The position numbers and the translations under genes are program-made. Shown here piece after piece: positions 53,541-64,000 of a stretch of DNA of 64,000 bases. Numbering within the stretch: position 1 is the stretch's first letter; each line of letters begins with the position of its first letter. The notes below the pieces were generated by a model. It made no database searches. It was not told the origin of the DNA and worked only from the letters and a program-made list of their open reading frames with translations. The stretch comes from Marsupella aquatica (taxonomy: Eukaryota; Plantae; Marchantiophyta): the NCBI GenBank assembly GCA_973895155.1, contig OZ316899.1:10505135-10569134 (forward strand). The letters are read 5' to 3'.

Positions 53541-56500
53541 TTACTCCATGTCAAATTCATCATCGCCATCCTGTGCATCAGGAACATTAGGAGCTCCATC
53601 TTTGTTTTTTGCACTCTTTGATCCTGCAAGAGAAAATTCATCATCTGAATCGAGGTCCTCCAATGTTTCAGTGAGGTCTTCAATTTTCTTGTGTCTCTCA
53701 AGAACACTCTTCAATGCCTTCTCCGCAGCACCATGGAGAACATCCCTGTCCTCGACCCCAACAACAAACCTCCCAGAGAGTTCTCCAGCTGAAAAAGAAC
53801 TACCGTCTCCAATATTCCAATCGAGCACAATGTCTCTAGGCTTTGTGAGAAGCTCCATAACAGCCTGCATGAATCCAACAGATAATTGACAAGAACCAGA
53901 GAAAGCTAACTCTGCCCTGGTATCCCTTTTTGGATAACAAAGACTCAACATCGTCTTATGTGATGCATCTTCAGACGTTGCCAGAGGGACATACTTCGGG
54001 TCCTTTGGGATCTTCCCATTGAATTCAACTCGGCAAAAGACATCCAGGCTTAAGTTGCAAACCTGGAAAAAACCAAAAAAATGTCAATTCATGAATCCAG
54101 GAAGGCCAGCAAGATCGCTGTCAAAACAGCATACTAAATCCTGTGAAATTCAGTCAAATCTCACCTCAATGTTCATGTTTGGCATCCACGTCGGGGACCC
54201 CAATAAAACGTGGTACTTTCGAAGATGTTTAAATTTGTTCCTCTGTTCAACAGCAGCAAAAATTTGCTTTGTGTGGTTAAATTCTCCACTATGGAGAACG
54301 GCCACATACCCATCATCACTCAACATTGGCCTCATCACTCCAAAGAAATAGTAAGGGAGCTTCTCAACCCAGACATTCCATTGAGGAACTTCCACATCAG
54401 TAACACGAGGCCTCAGCCCAGTCGGAAGAGCTATGAACCCCAGATGGGCACCGGTCCCAGTGTAAGGCTTCCCGTTTATTTTTAAGGGATTCGGGTGTTC
54501 AGAAGAACTAGAAATATCTGAAAGCCATTGATCCCCCTCCCCCATCCAAGCAGGTCGAACCTTCTTCATACTTATCGAGTCAGTCGTCAAACGAAGATTA
54601 CTCTTTGCAAGGAAATGTCTTCTTCCATCCAACTGGAGTCCACAGAGCCTCGCGACACCCTCTCGGATTGACACTTCTTCCTCATCAGAATCTGACAACA
54701 CTTGAACCTTTCTCTTCTTCTTCAACCTCTGGGACCCTGACTTATCACCTCCCGGTTTAGTCACAAGTTCAAAATCGGGTGACTCAGGCTCCACATGATC
54801 CTCCGGACGACCATTATTCACAGTCTGAACACTCTCGGAACCTGAAGACTTCCTCCGTTCTGGATACAAAAAGAAACCTAAGAGCCTTAGGATATGTCAT
54901 AAACTTAATGAGAAGAGCAGCTTGGGAGAGATAAGAGAAGAGAGCTTGGGAGCAATAAGAGTATATACTTACTTTTCTTTCCAGAAAGCATAGAGCCATC
55001 TCTTGATACCTCTTTGGCAGCGTCTCTCTTCAATTTCCGAGGGCGGCTCCTATCCACACTCGGTGCCACCTCGAGGCATGCCTGCTCCATCGACACACAC
55101 CCAGCAAGTTCTACTTCCGGGTTGCACAATTTAGATTCACTAATAAAAAATTCTGGGACCAAGCCACGATTGATCTTTTGAAGCGCAGCTTTCTCTGTGA
55201 CATCAAATGTCAGTGACCAATTCTCTGAATCTAAATACCAGGGACAATGCAGCACCTCCCATTCACTTATCTTCCGCAAGGGTTCAATGTCCTCAATAGG
55301 GTACATCGAGTACTCCCCAAACTTCTCACAACTGGAATCATCTCTTGCATATTGAGCCCATTGAGAGAAACATGTCGGGTAACACCACCAAAATGATCTA
55401 TTTGCCACCTCACGATCCACAAAAAACCTGTAAACATACCTTTTTGCCCTTCGACGGAAAGAAACAATGTCAATCTTTTCCCCAACTTTTGGGGTCCAAA
55501 TGCTCTTGAAGAACCTTACCTTAACCCGCTGCAGGAAATCTTCTAATTCATCATCAATTTCAGCAAGGAGGGATGCCTGACTATTCTCCGGGGAAGAAAG
55601 AATTCTAGATTCAGGGACAGTGAGAATAATCGCAGATATTGCTTCACTTAGTAAGCACCTCGCAATGGACTCTACCTGTTCCCATGTTGCCCATCGATGC
55701 AACCAGAGCTTGGTCTCACTATCCGAAAATTGAGATGGATGAAAATATTGTTTACGCAACTCTGGTCTGCACTTTGCTTCGAGAAGAGTGCAACGGAGTT
55801 GTGGACTCAAAGAAGTTACCCCGGTGAAAAGCCTTGCACGATCAAGACCACATGAAACATTCCCTCTCCCCTTATCATCCGTCCGCTGAGCTTCCTTCCT
55901 TTCTTTCTCACAATAATTATGCATCTCAACACATTTCTTGAAGAAATCCCCAAAGTCTGGATTCAGGAGCGGGGCAAACTTTGGAACTTTGACATTCCAG
56001 TCGGAGAGTTGCTCCTTCATCATATCTCGAACTGCAATGTCTTTTGCAGCTTTCGACAAAGGTTCGCCCAATTCCTCCTTCAGTGCAAACTTCTTTAACA
56101 AGTCAGCAGTTTGCGAAGCTATATTTGCAGCAGAAAGAATATAAATGCATGCATCTAAGGTCATATGCTTCAAATACCACGACGGCTTCTTTACATTTTG
56201 CATCTTCTGCTGAAATAACTTGAAATTTTCCGGATCAATTAAATCCTTGTAAACTGAAAGGTCCGTGCTCAGGATCTTCTGGACCCGATCAGCTTCCAGC
56301 ACCCATGAATTCTCGACATGGCATTGTGTCAACCTGACAATGAGTATATATTTCAGCAATCGGCAAGAACAAATTGTGCCCGAAAATGAAGCAAAAAGAT
56401 CAAATGTGTCCAGGCTCTTCTCACCGGTTGAGAGCATGCATCGCAGATTCAATCTGCACGAAAGTATCCTTCTCTCCTTTGAAAATCTTTGAGACAACTC

Positions 56501-57125
56501 GAGGATGATACTTCACATCGTGAGGATTCTCAACAACAAGTAGGTTCCACGAATAGAGACGGTGATTGCCATCGAATACACTAAACATCTTATCCTTGAG
56601 CACAGCAAAATCAGGATGCGAATCACACTCCCTCTCAAAAGCTTCATTCTACGCCAACCACATTGGATCCCAGCTCTGTTTGATTGTGTCATTCAGAAAC
56701 TGCATGTCCCCATTCTCATTTGTCATTTGCACATAGAAATGAGGCGCGTCCTCAATGTACCCTTGAGCTCGGAACTCGCTCTTAAGAGTCTCTATCGCAT
56801 TCGAATCTGTCTACAGAGACCTTACGAGCTGCATGTTCTGCATTCAACATAGTGGAATTCTTGGGGGAACAAGAGGATACCCAAATTCGTCTGGCCCAAA
56901 CTGGTAAAGGTGACGGTTAATTACAACTGAGAAAGGCTCGGACTTGGTAGAATCCATCAAAGGTGGCACAATATCCATTGGATCAACAAGCTTTCGCCTC
57001 CTTGGAGTCTTCAGCCCCGAAGCAAGTGCTTTGTGGCTTGTAGAACTTCTGGTCTCCCGACGTTGAGAGGCAGCTGATTGTGAGGCAACGGATGAAATAG
57101 ACTCAGGAGATGCAAAAGTTGCCAT
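53541..57125 (-). pseudogene. ParB/Sulfiredoxin-like domain plus beta-class N6-adenine/N4-cytosine DNA methyltransferase-like protein; predicted exons 57125-56425, 56333-54973, 54859-54165, 54062-53541 (~1090 aa; three nonsense codons in exon 1)
   Basis: N-terminus has IPLC..VRSL..IETLKSEF..GY..FYV and VFDGNHRLYSW (ParB/Srx). C-terminus has HLGFIALPTG..RPMLSDDGYVAVLH and CQLSVGFMQAVMELLTKPRDIVLDWNIGDGSS..GRFVVGVE (motif IV before motifs X and I). All three introns are GT-AG and in phase. Confidence 0.75.
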
Positions 57126-57725
57126 CGACTGATAAGGAGAAGAGAACCACACGAAGGGAAGACAAGGAATTGGTACGGTGAATGCAAAGGAATCCAAAGT
57201 CACATGTGTTGGGAATCCAAAGTAAGAATTCAGGGGAATCCAAAGTAACCCATACTACAGTGTACTTGACAGTGACAGGGAATATCAGTATTTAACACCT
57301 TGATGTGAAAGATCCATCAACAAGATCTCAACTCTGTTAATCCCACCAGCACTAACGTTAACGAAGCTCCAGTTAACGTTAACTTGGAGTCTAGTTAGTA
57401 TTTACCAACAACTCGGTCGGATGAAATGTACATTCAACTTCAACGGGTTGGAGACAATTAATCTCTAGGTGACCAACTTGGGTTGGGTGTCCGTTGAAAC
57501 TAACCATTCTCCAAAAAAATATATGTGCCGATGGAATAAATAAACCAAAGTATTTATGAAATGTACTCTTTCAAATCAAGTTAACCCTTCCAACGGTAAT
57601 ATAATTTTGAATCTTTGGTGCACGTAGATGCACTTGGTCACCATTTGGAACGAGTCTGGATCTTTTTAATGGAAAAATGGACAAACCCCATACGTTGTTT
57701 AAGCCCAGTATTTAGACAGTTTTTT

Positions 57726-58362
57726 GCCAATGACATCGCTGGCCAAATCACTGTAAACCCTAAACCCTTAATATGATGTTTGTCCATTTTAAATGAGCTC
57801 TTAATGCTTTCTGAAAATCTTTAATACTCTACAGAATCTTTGAAACTGTTAAACCCCTCTACTAAAAGCTCTCGGTTTAACTACTATGTTATGACATTTA
57901 TGAAATATATTAGGTTCTGGATTCCTGAATTGACCCCCAAACAGAAATAAAAGTATATGAAAATTTCTGCGGGTTCAGGCTAGCGGTATCGCTGGCCTTA
58001 TTGAAGTTTTATGAATGGTTTAATTACGGGAAATCTCAGATTCCTCTCTTCTGTTTATATCATGTTGTTGGTGAACATGATGTTTTCAAATATCAAAAAT
58101 TTAGATCTTAAACACTGAAAACTTACCTTAATTATGTCTAGCAAGGTTGCTAGCAAAACTATTTTTGAACACAAAGCTCCAAGTTCATTTAGCGTCCTAG
58201 TACACCCCAACTATACCCCAAGTTCAGGAAATGTGCTAGTATATCCCTCACCATACTTCTTGTCAAAATAAAATAGGCCATTTAATTAAAGAGTAAACAC
58301 TAAAATTCTGGTTCATAAGCACCTCATTATTCGAGAAAATTTAGGCTAGCGATATCGCTGGC
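57726..58362. repeat. Cluster of four 18-bp palindromes GCYAGCGA-NN-TCGCTRGC in the MULE divergent promoter
   Basis: Copies at 57726, 57979, 58137 and 58345. Further copies at 52846, 54105, 60587 and 62461, and half-sites at 52741 and 62877. Confidence 0.8.
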
Positions 58363-58529
58363 AATAATTATTTCTTGAAGGTATTATAGCCGTTGAGGTT
58401 TTGTCGTATCTGCAACATTAAACTGACGTTCCATTATTCTATATTCATCCATGATGTTTGTGTCCGAGTATTATTCTATATATTCATCCATGATGTTTGT
58501 GTTTGGATCCTTGTCTTGGTTCTCTTTTG

Positions 58530-61500
58530 ATGGCTCCGAGCGTCATTTTCTGGCGTCAGAGCACTGGAGACATTGTTACTCTTGAAGTTTCATGTATGAG
58601 AAAGATCACCAATGTGACCGAGGCCTTTCTTTTGACAAGATTTGGGCTCAATAACTGTGATTTCATTTTGAGGTTGTTCTTTCTTGTTTCACTTCATGGA
58701 TCTAGGAAGGACGAATTCATTTCAAGAACTCTACATGGTGCAAGAGTTTGGGAGGTTGCTTCCGGAGATGTTGTTGAGGTTTTGTCAGGCAGAGATGATT
58801 TTCTCGAGCCTTTTCAGAATACTCGGGAAAAAGTGTTTGTAGACCTCGACTCTCCCCCGGGGCAAGGAACAAATCTTGACGCCTCTGGTTCTGGGTTTAC
58901 CACTCTTGAGGATACTAATTCTGTTTTTGGAAGTTGTTCTACAGAATTGAAAGTAGAGACTCCTCTTCCAAGTGCTCCGGTTGGCCATCTTTTGCAGAAA
59001 GTCTACAGAATTGGTGTGCTTGAAGCATTTTTGAGCATTACTGGGGCTAGTGAGCTGGCACGATTTAGAAGAGATGTCTCTTGGGTTGATGTCCAAGTTG
59101 ATCGTCTTCCGACAAGTTACAATGGAGACATGGTATATGAGCTTCCTCCAGTGGAGTCAAGATTTGGTCGCGGTCAAGGGCTTCTCGACATGGACCATGA
59201 CAATGATGGCTACCCTTGGACCCGATTGGTCACCACTTCGGCTAACTTGAAGCCACGTAATCACTGGTCTATTTTCAAGGTCCGTTGCAGTGGTGTTGTG
59301 CAATGTCAAAATTTGAATTGTTCAAGGTTCAAGGAGACAGGAGTGAAAAATGGAGCGGCATTTCCAGGAAGATCACTTATGACCGATATCTTCAAGCCAG
59401 GAAACCTGGTTCCGAAAGGAGGTTTGGTTTGTGGGTTTTGTGATGAGAGACCTTATTGTGTCAGACCTTGTCCAGCAATGATGTTTATGTTTATGCAAAG
59501 CCAAATTTGGACTCTCATGTCTCCAAACACATGTCTAGACTTGCAGTCCACATGGGAGTTCATGATCATCCGATCCGGACGGGGAAGTGTCGAGTTGCAA
59601 AAAAATAAGCGGAAGATGTTATTCAAGGCGTTCAATTAGCACATCCCTTGGCAACCCCTTCCCGTGTGAAGAATATTTCAATAGGTACATTGATATCGCT
59701 TCTCCACCCTGAGGCATGTTATGATCTTTCAAAAGAAGAGGAGGTGGAATTGTGGAACTCAATGAAAGTTGTGTCCTCGCCGGCAAAATTCCATGCAATT
59801 TTCCGCAGCGTTAAAATTGGTAACCCCAAGAAAGGTGAGTTGGATTCGCTTCGTGACATGCAAATGCGCGTGAGATTTCCATTTCTTCAGCGTTTCCTGT
59901 TCCCTGGCCAAGCTGGCAAGTCCATTAGGGCCCATGTATTCAAGATGAGTACCAAAGGTCCCGGTTCCGGAGTTGACATTCTCAATCGGATGCAAAAAGG
60001 TGGAACTTTAGAGGGAGCTTGGGTGAGTTTTGACGTGATGCATAGAATAACCACTGGTTGGTTAACTTTTAGTGCTCATGTATACGATCACACTTATCGT
60101 GCTCTTTGCACTATCTTCACTTGTGAATTGAAAGCTGAGGATGTTGAGTCACTAGAAACTGCATGGCGTTTAATGTTGGAAGTCGCTGCTGAGAACGGTA
60201 TTTCCAATGTAAACATAGCTGGTTTTATGGCTGACAATGCTGAAGCTGGATGGATTGCTGTGAGAAATGTTTTCTTTGATGGTGTTCGTCTCCCTGAGAA
60301 AGAACACAGTGATGCATTCCATTTCTCTCAGTCACTAAGACGTCATACCATGGAGGGAATTCGTGAAGCGAAACACTCCGAGCATTACAAAATGTGGGAG
60401 AAATTTAGGAATGCACCCACATATGTTCAGGCATACAGAGTGGCAAACGATATTCAAGAGTGGTGGAAGTGTGGAAATTGTCACCCTGGGAAATTGAGAT
60501 CTTTGCAAGGCTGGATTGCTTGGTGGGTTGTCCGATGGCGACAATGGGGAAACTTCTTCAGGCTGGTAAGTAAACCATGTTTTTTGGCTAGCGATGTTGC
60601 TAGCATTCTGTTCTTGTTTGAATGTAATCTTGAAATCAAGTTTGTGCCTCCCAATGATTGTGTTTGTTTTGGTTGGACTTCAGACTCAAACAGCAAAGGA
60701 GTCAGCGTTGATGCCAAATTGTACTGGAGCTGAATCTGTACATGGTTCAATGAGAGCTTGTCAAATGAAGAAGAAGATTGGACTGCTAGAAGCTTGTGAA
60801 CTTGATCAAAATCGTGCTGGTGGGCAGATTGCTGCCTTTGCTGCATACATTGATGGATGCCACAGGGGACACGGACCTACCATATTTGAACTTGCATATA
60901 GGAATGCAGATACACTAGGATCCCTTGATGCTTTTGAGAAAGCAACCAATCTTCTACTTGAATCATCTCCAAAATATGATTTCCATCGCACTCAACCACT
61001 TCATGGAGATCTATGCACAAAGTCTGGAAAACGAAAAGGCCAGGCTTCGGCTAGAGTTGGTGCTGAAGATTCTCATCGACATGATAAGGTGATGCGGACG
61101 GAGGCGGTGACAAGGGGCGTACATCCAAGAAATTTATATTCTGATTTCAGGAGTGTCAATGTCGTGGAAGAGAGGGACGAGTTGAAGGAAACTTCGGGCA
61201 TACCCCATTCTTCAACATTCTCTAATTGTCCAGATCCGTCCGTCGTGATTCTTCTTTCCGATAACGAAGGGAATGGCACTGAGAGCTCAGGAGATGACAC
61301 TTTGGAAATTCCTAAACCATTGCCCCGCCAACATGTATCTCCTGTTTGTCCAGAGGAACCAGTTTATGTTTCACCGAGGCAAATTCCTGCGATAAATGAA
61401 GTTGATGTCCCATTTGGTACTTGGCACTTAAGGCGGTGCGGTAAAGGAAATGGTCCAGTGTGCAATGGGTCTTTGGATCGGACCATTTCTGGAAGAGATG

Positions 61501-62282
61501 AGTGTCAAAACTTCATCAAAGAAGTAGGTTATCATACTTGGTCTTGCGGTGTGGTTGGGGTAGCAATCCATGGTTTGAGGATGACTTCACCACATCCTCA
61601 ACTCTTATACTTCTACCCAAACAATGTCTGTCACAAGACCAGGGGTCGCAAGTCAATTGCCCAACTTCCCGTAGTACCCTCATCTCTAAAAGTTCTTCGA
61701 GGGACAGAGTTAACTCCTCATGAAATCAGCTTCTTGCTTGGCTTGGGTTTTCAGATTGATGGTCTCTATTACATGGATTGTGAACCAGATGGCAGTGTTG
61801 CTCCTCCAGGTCGTGTGGAACTTTGAATTGACTTTAACTCTTTCCCAGAAAAGGTTGATGTAAACTATTTGAATAGACGACTCAGGACACGAAATGGAAA
61901 GGGTGCTCGTCAACGTTTCAACTTCACTGCAGAACTTGTTAAAAGGATTCAGTCTGCAAATGAAGAGCAAATGAGGATTGTGGCTTGTGAGACGATCATC
62001 CAAGGAAATGGATGGGGAAGACAGTTTTTGATTGCGACGCATGAAAATAACCCTAGTAAATGTAGTAAATATTGGATTCAGTTGTGCGTCTTCCCATGTT
62101 GCTCCTGTGAGGATTTCTATAAGCGGCATTCGCATGGAAAGCCTTACATGTCTTGTAAACATATTCTTTGGGTTTACAAGAATGTTTACCATTTGAACCT
62201 AGAGACTTCCGATGTAGTCAAGCAGCCTGTTTTAACTGTCACTGAAGTTTCCGATCTGATCCAAAGGGGAGTTGAGGTTTGA
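58530..62282 (+). pseudogene. MULE DDE transposase with N-terminal Cys-rich (GCM/WRKY-like) Zn domain and C-terminal SWIM finger; intron 60566-60683; one frameshift (~59485) and two stops
   Basis: Motifs CSGVVQCQNLNC..CGFC..CPA..GVHDHP, VSFDVMH, GFMADNA, HSDAFH, GAESVH and CSCEDF..SCKHI. Confidence 0.85.
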
Positions 62283-63030
62283 GATTGTCCAATTTAGAGT
62301 GAGGTTTGGTTTTAATTTAAGGTTTTCATTGGTTTTTTATATATATTTAAGTACCGTTGGGAGTAGACGTTTTTTGTGCTGGTAGGAGACATGATATTTC
62401 CACTCTATATGAAATGACCTTTAATTTATATATAAAACCAGATATTGGTTGATCAGTTTTGCTAGCGAGGTCGCTAGCTATATTTTTGGAAAAGTTTGTA
62501 ACTGGTTGATGTTTGGACCCTGGTTTGTTACTCACTAAGAAAACAGTCATGTTGCCCCGATAAGGTTGGATATCATGTCTTTATAGACTTGGCTTTTTTA
62601 ACAGTTGGCAGTTCTCCCTGAAATTACTGCCAACCTTGTAAGTTGGTTATGGTGCCAATTTTGTATGTTTATCTGAGATACCGATGACTCCCAATGTCCA
62701 GACCCATATTCAAATTGAAAGTTAAACTCATTTCCAAGTGCTTTGGTGATGATCTTTATGTCTATTTCGGTGTCCGACTTGTTCTAAAAAAAAGTTACAT
62801 TGACATACTTAACTCGAAAGGTTTATTAGGGAAATAGTAATGATTCAAATATGAACAGACTGTTGGATGGGTTTTTGCTAGCGAGGCTTGCTGTTACTAG
62901 CGGCCAACAAGTTCAAACCTTGGTATGAGGAAAAAAAGACCCATTACAAGGAGTTTTTTTACTCGCAACAGCAAAAAAATTACTATTACGAGAAGATTTT
63001 TTCCTGTTTCCTCGCATGGTAGTCATACCC

Positions 63031-64000
63031 GCGGTGAAAGAGTTCATGGTGCTGGCTGAGAAGGAGTTGAGTTCGACGGTGCGGACCATCATTGAGTTAG
63101 CTGAGGGCTGGGATGACTTTGACCAGAAGATGAAAGAGGAGTTCCAAGTGGAGGATGCTGATCGGGTCACGCGGGCTACCTTCTTGGATTGGGTGAATGA
63201 CAGGAACAAGAAGCTGAAGGGGCCGCAAGAGCTCCTAAGGGAGTTCAAGAGAAGGGTGTCTCAATTACCGAAGCGGGATGTGGGAATCATTGAGTTGCAG
63301 CGCTCGACGCTCTTCTTGAGGGCAGCCAATGAGGACCTTCGAGAGGAGCTTGAGAACACGATGGAGCTGCTGGAACCTTTGAGAGTTACCTTGTCTAACG
63401 ACTGGAACCAAGTTGAGAAAGCGGTGTCGAAAGTGAGCAATCAACACCGGTGGCGAGAGCTAGACAAGGAGGCTACCACTCTCGCCTAAGGCCGCCGAAA
63501 CCGATATTGAGGAAAGGGAAGCGAGAACCAGCAAAGGATGAGATCAAACCATCGGTGGATGATCTTGCGGAAATGATGCAAAACCTGAAGATCTTGGCGG
63601 CACATGCGGTCGAGAATCCAAAACCGAGGGTTGCTAGTGCTCCCGAGAGGAAGCGAGAGATGCAGAGGTGGCCATGCATGTGGTGCGACAGCAAAGAGCA
63701 TGACAAACGGGAGTGCCTGGACCTGAGGGAAGCTGCGGATAAAGGGCTGATCAAGTTCATCGGTGAAGTTTGCCGATACTGAAAAGCCGATTCCATTCAA
63801 CTCCAACAAGGGAGGCATGAAGGCTTTGGCTGAGAAGCGAGTTGGGAAGCGAGTCGAAGAGGCGTCCTCTTCGCACCTGGAAGCAAATGTTTACAATGTG
63901 GAGTTGGATGGCCCTGTGACAGAAACGGACAAGTTTTATAAGCGCTTGGTGGATCTGGTGCAAGAGAGATCCGGATGGAGTGACCCAATGCTGATCAATG
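63031..64000 (+). pseudogene. Gypsy element F gag, continuation with CCHC knuckle
   Basis: Motifs WDDFDQKMKEEF and CMWCDSKEHDKREC. Confidence 0.8.

Larger units (their letters stand above)
52687..63030. mobile_element. Mutator-like (MULE) DNA transposon, 10,344 bp, with short imperfect TIRs and two divergent genes
   Basis: 9-bp TSD GCGGTGAAA (52678-52686 and 63031-63039). Ends GGG..TA...TGCGAGGAAA.AGGA.AAA are inverted. Confidence 0.92.

Noticed and set aside
56334-56497. N-terminus of the 530-aa ORF 54905-56497 as real protein
   Set aside because: It overlaps exon 1 in another frame and predicted intron 56424-56334. The ORF is exon 2 of a larger gene.
53541-57125. Bacterial or phage contamination suggested by the ParB and amino-MTase motifs
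   Set aside because: The gene has three in-phase GT-AG introns and lies in a TSD-flanked MULE inserted in a gypsy gag.
58433-58502. Short ~31-bp tandem duplication before the MULE transposase
   Set aside because: It looks like simple slippage with no evident function.

Overview
This window is eukaryotic, plant-type heterochromatin (a bryophyte or liverwort origin is my inference only). It has no recognisable host gene and is built almost entirely of nested transposons, most of which I could resolve by their target-site duplications (TSDs). Left part: a 5'-inverted L1 LINE is split by a 4.4-kb solo LTR (1819-18814), which itself holds a Ty3/gypsy element (2123-13547) and a 1.2-kb solo LTR. 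A 4-kb solo LTR of the same gypsy family lies at 21193-25193, followed by a full-length Bianca-like Ty1/copia (27778-33803). Right part: one gypsy pol is split by a 10.3-kb CACTA element (40952-51260), and another gypsy gag is split by a 10.3-kb Mutator-like element (MULE, 52687-63030). Three observations stand out. (1) The MULE carries a 4-exon ParB/Srx plus beta-class N6A/N4C DNA-methyltransferase-like gene, and its non-coding DNA is sprinkled with an 18-bp palindrome, GCYAGCGA-NN-TCGCTRGC. (2) The CACTA carries an open SET-domain exon inside the first intron of its transposase gene, spliceable in frame to the transposase's own N-terminal Zn-binding exon. (3) Two gypsy-type LTR families carry homologous long protein genes inside the LTR itself (~870 aa in family B). 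Domain calls come from motif recognition by eye and have not been searched against databases.
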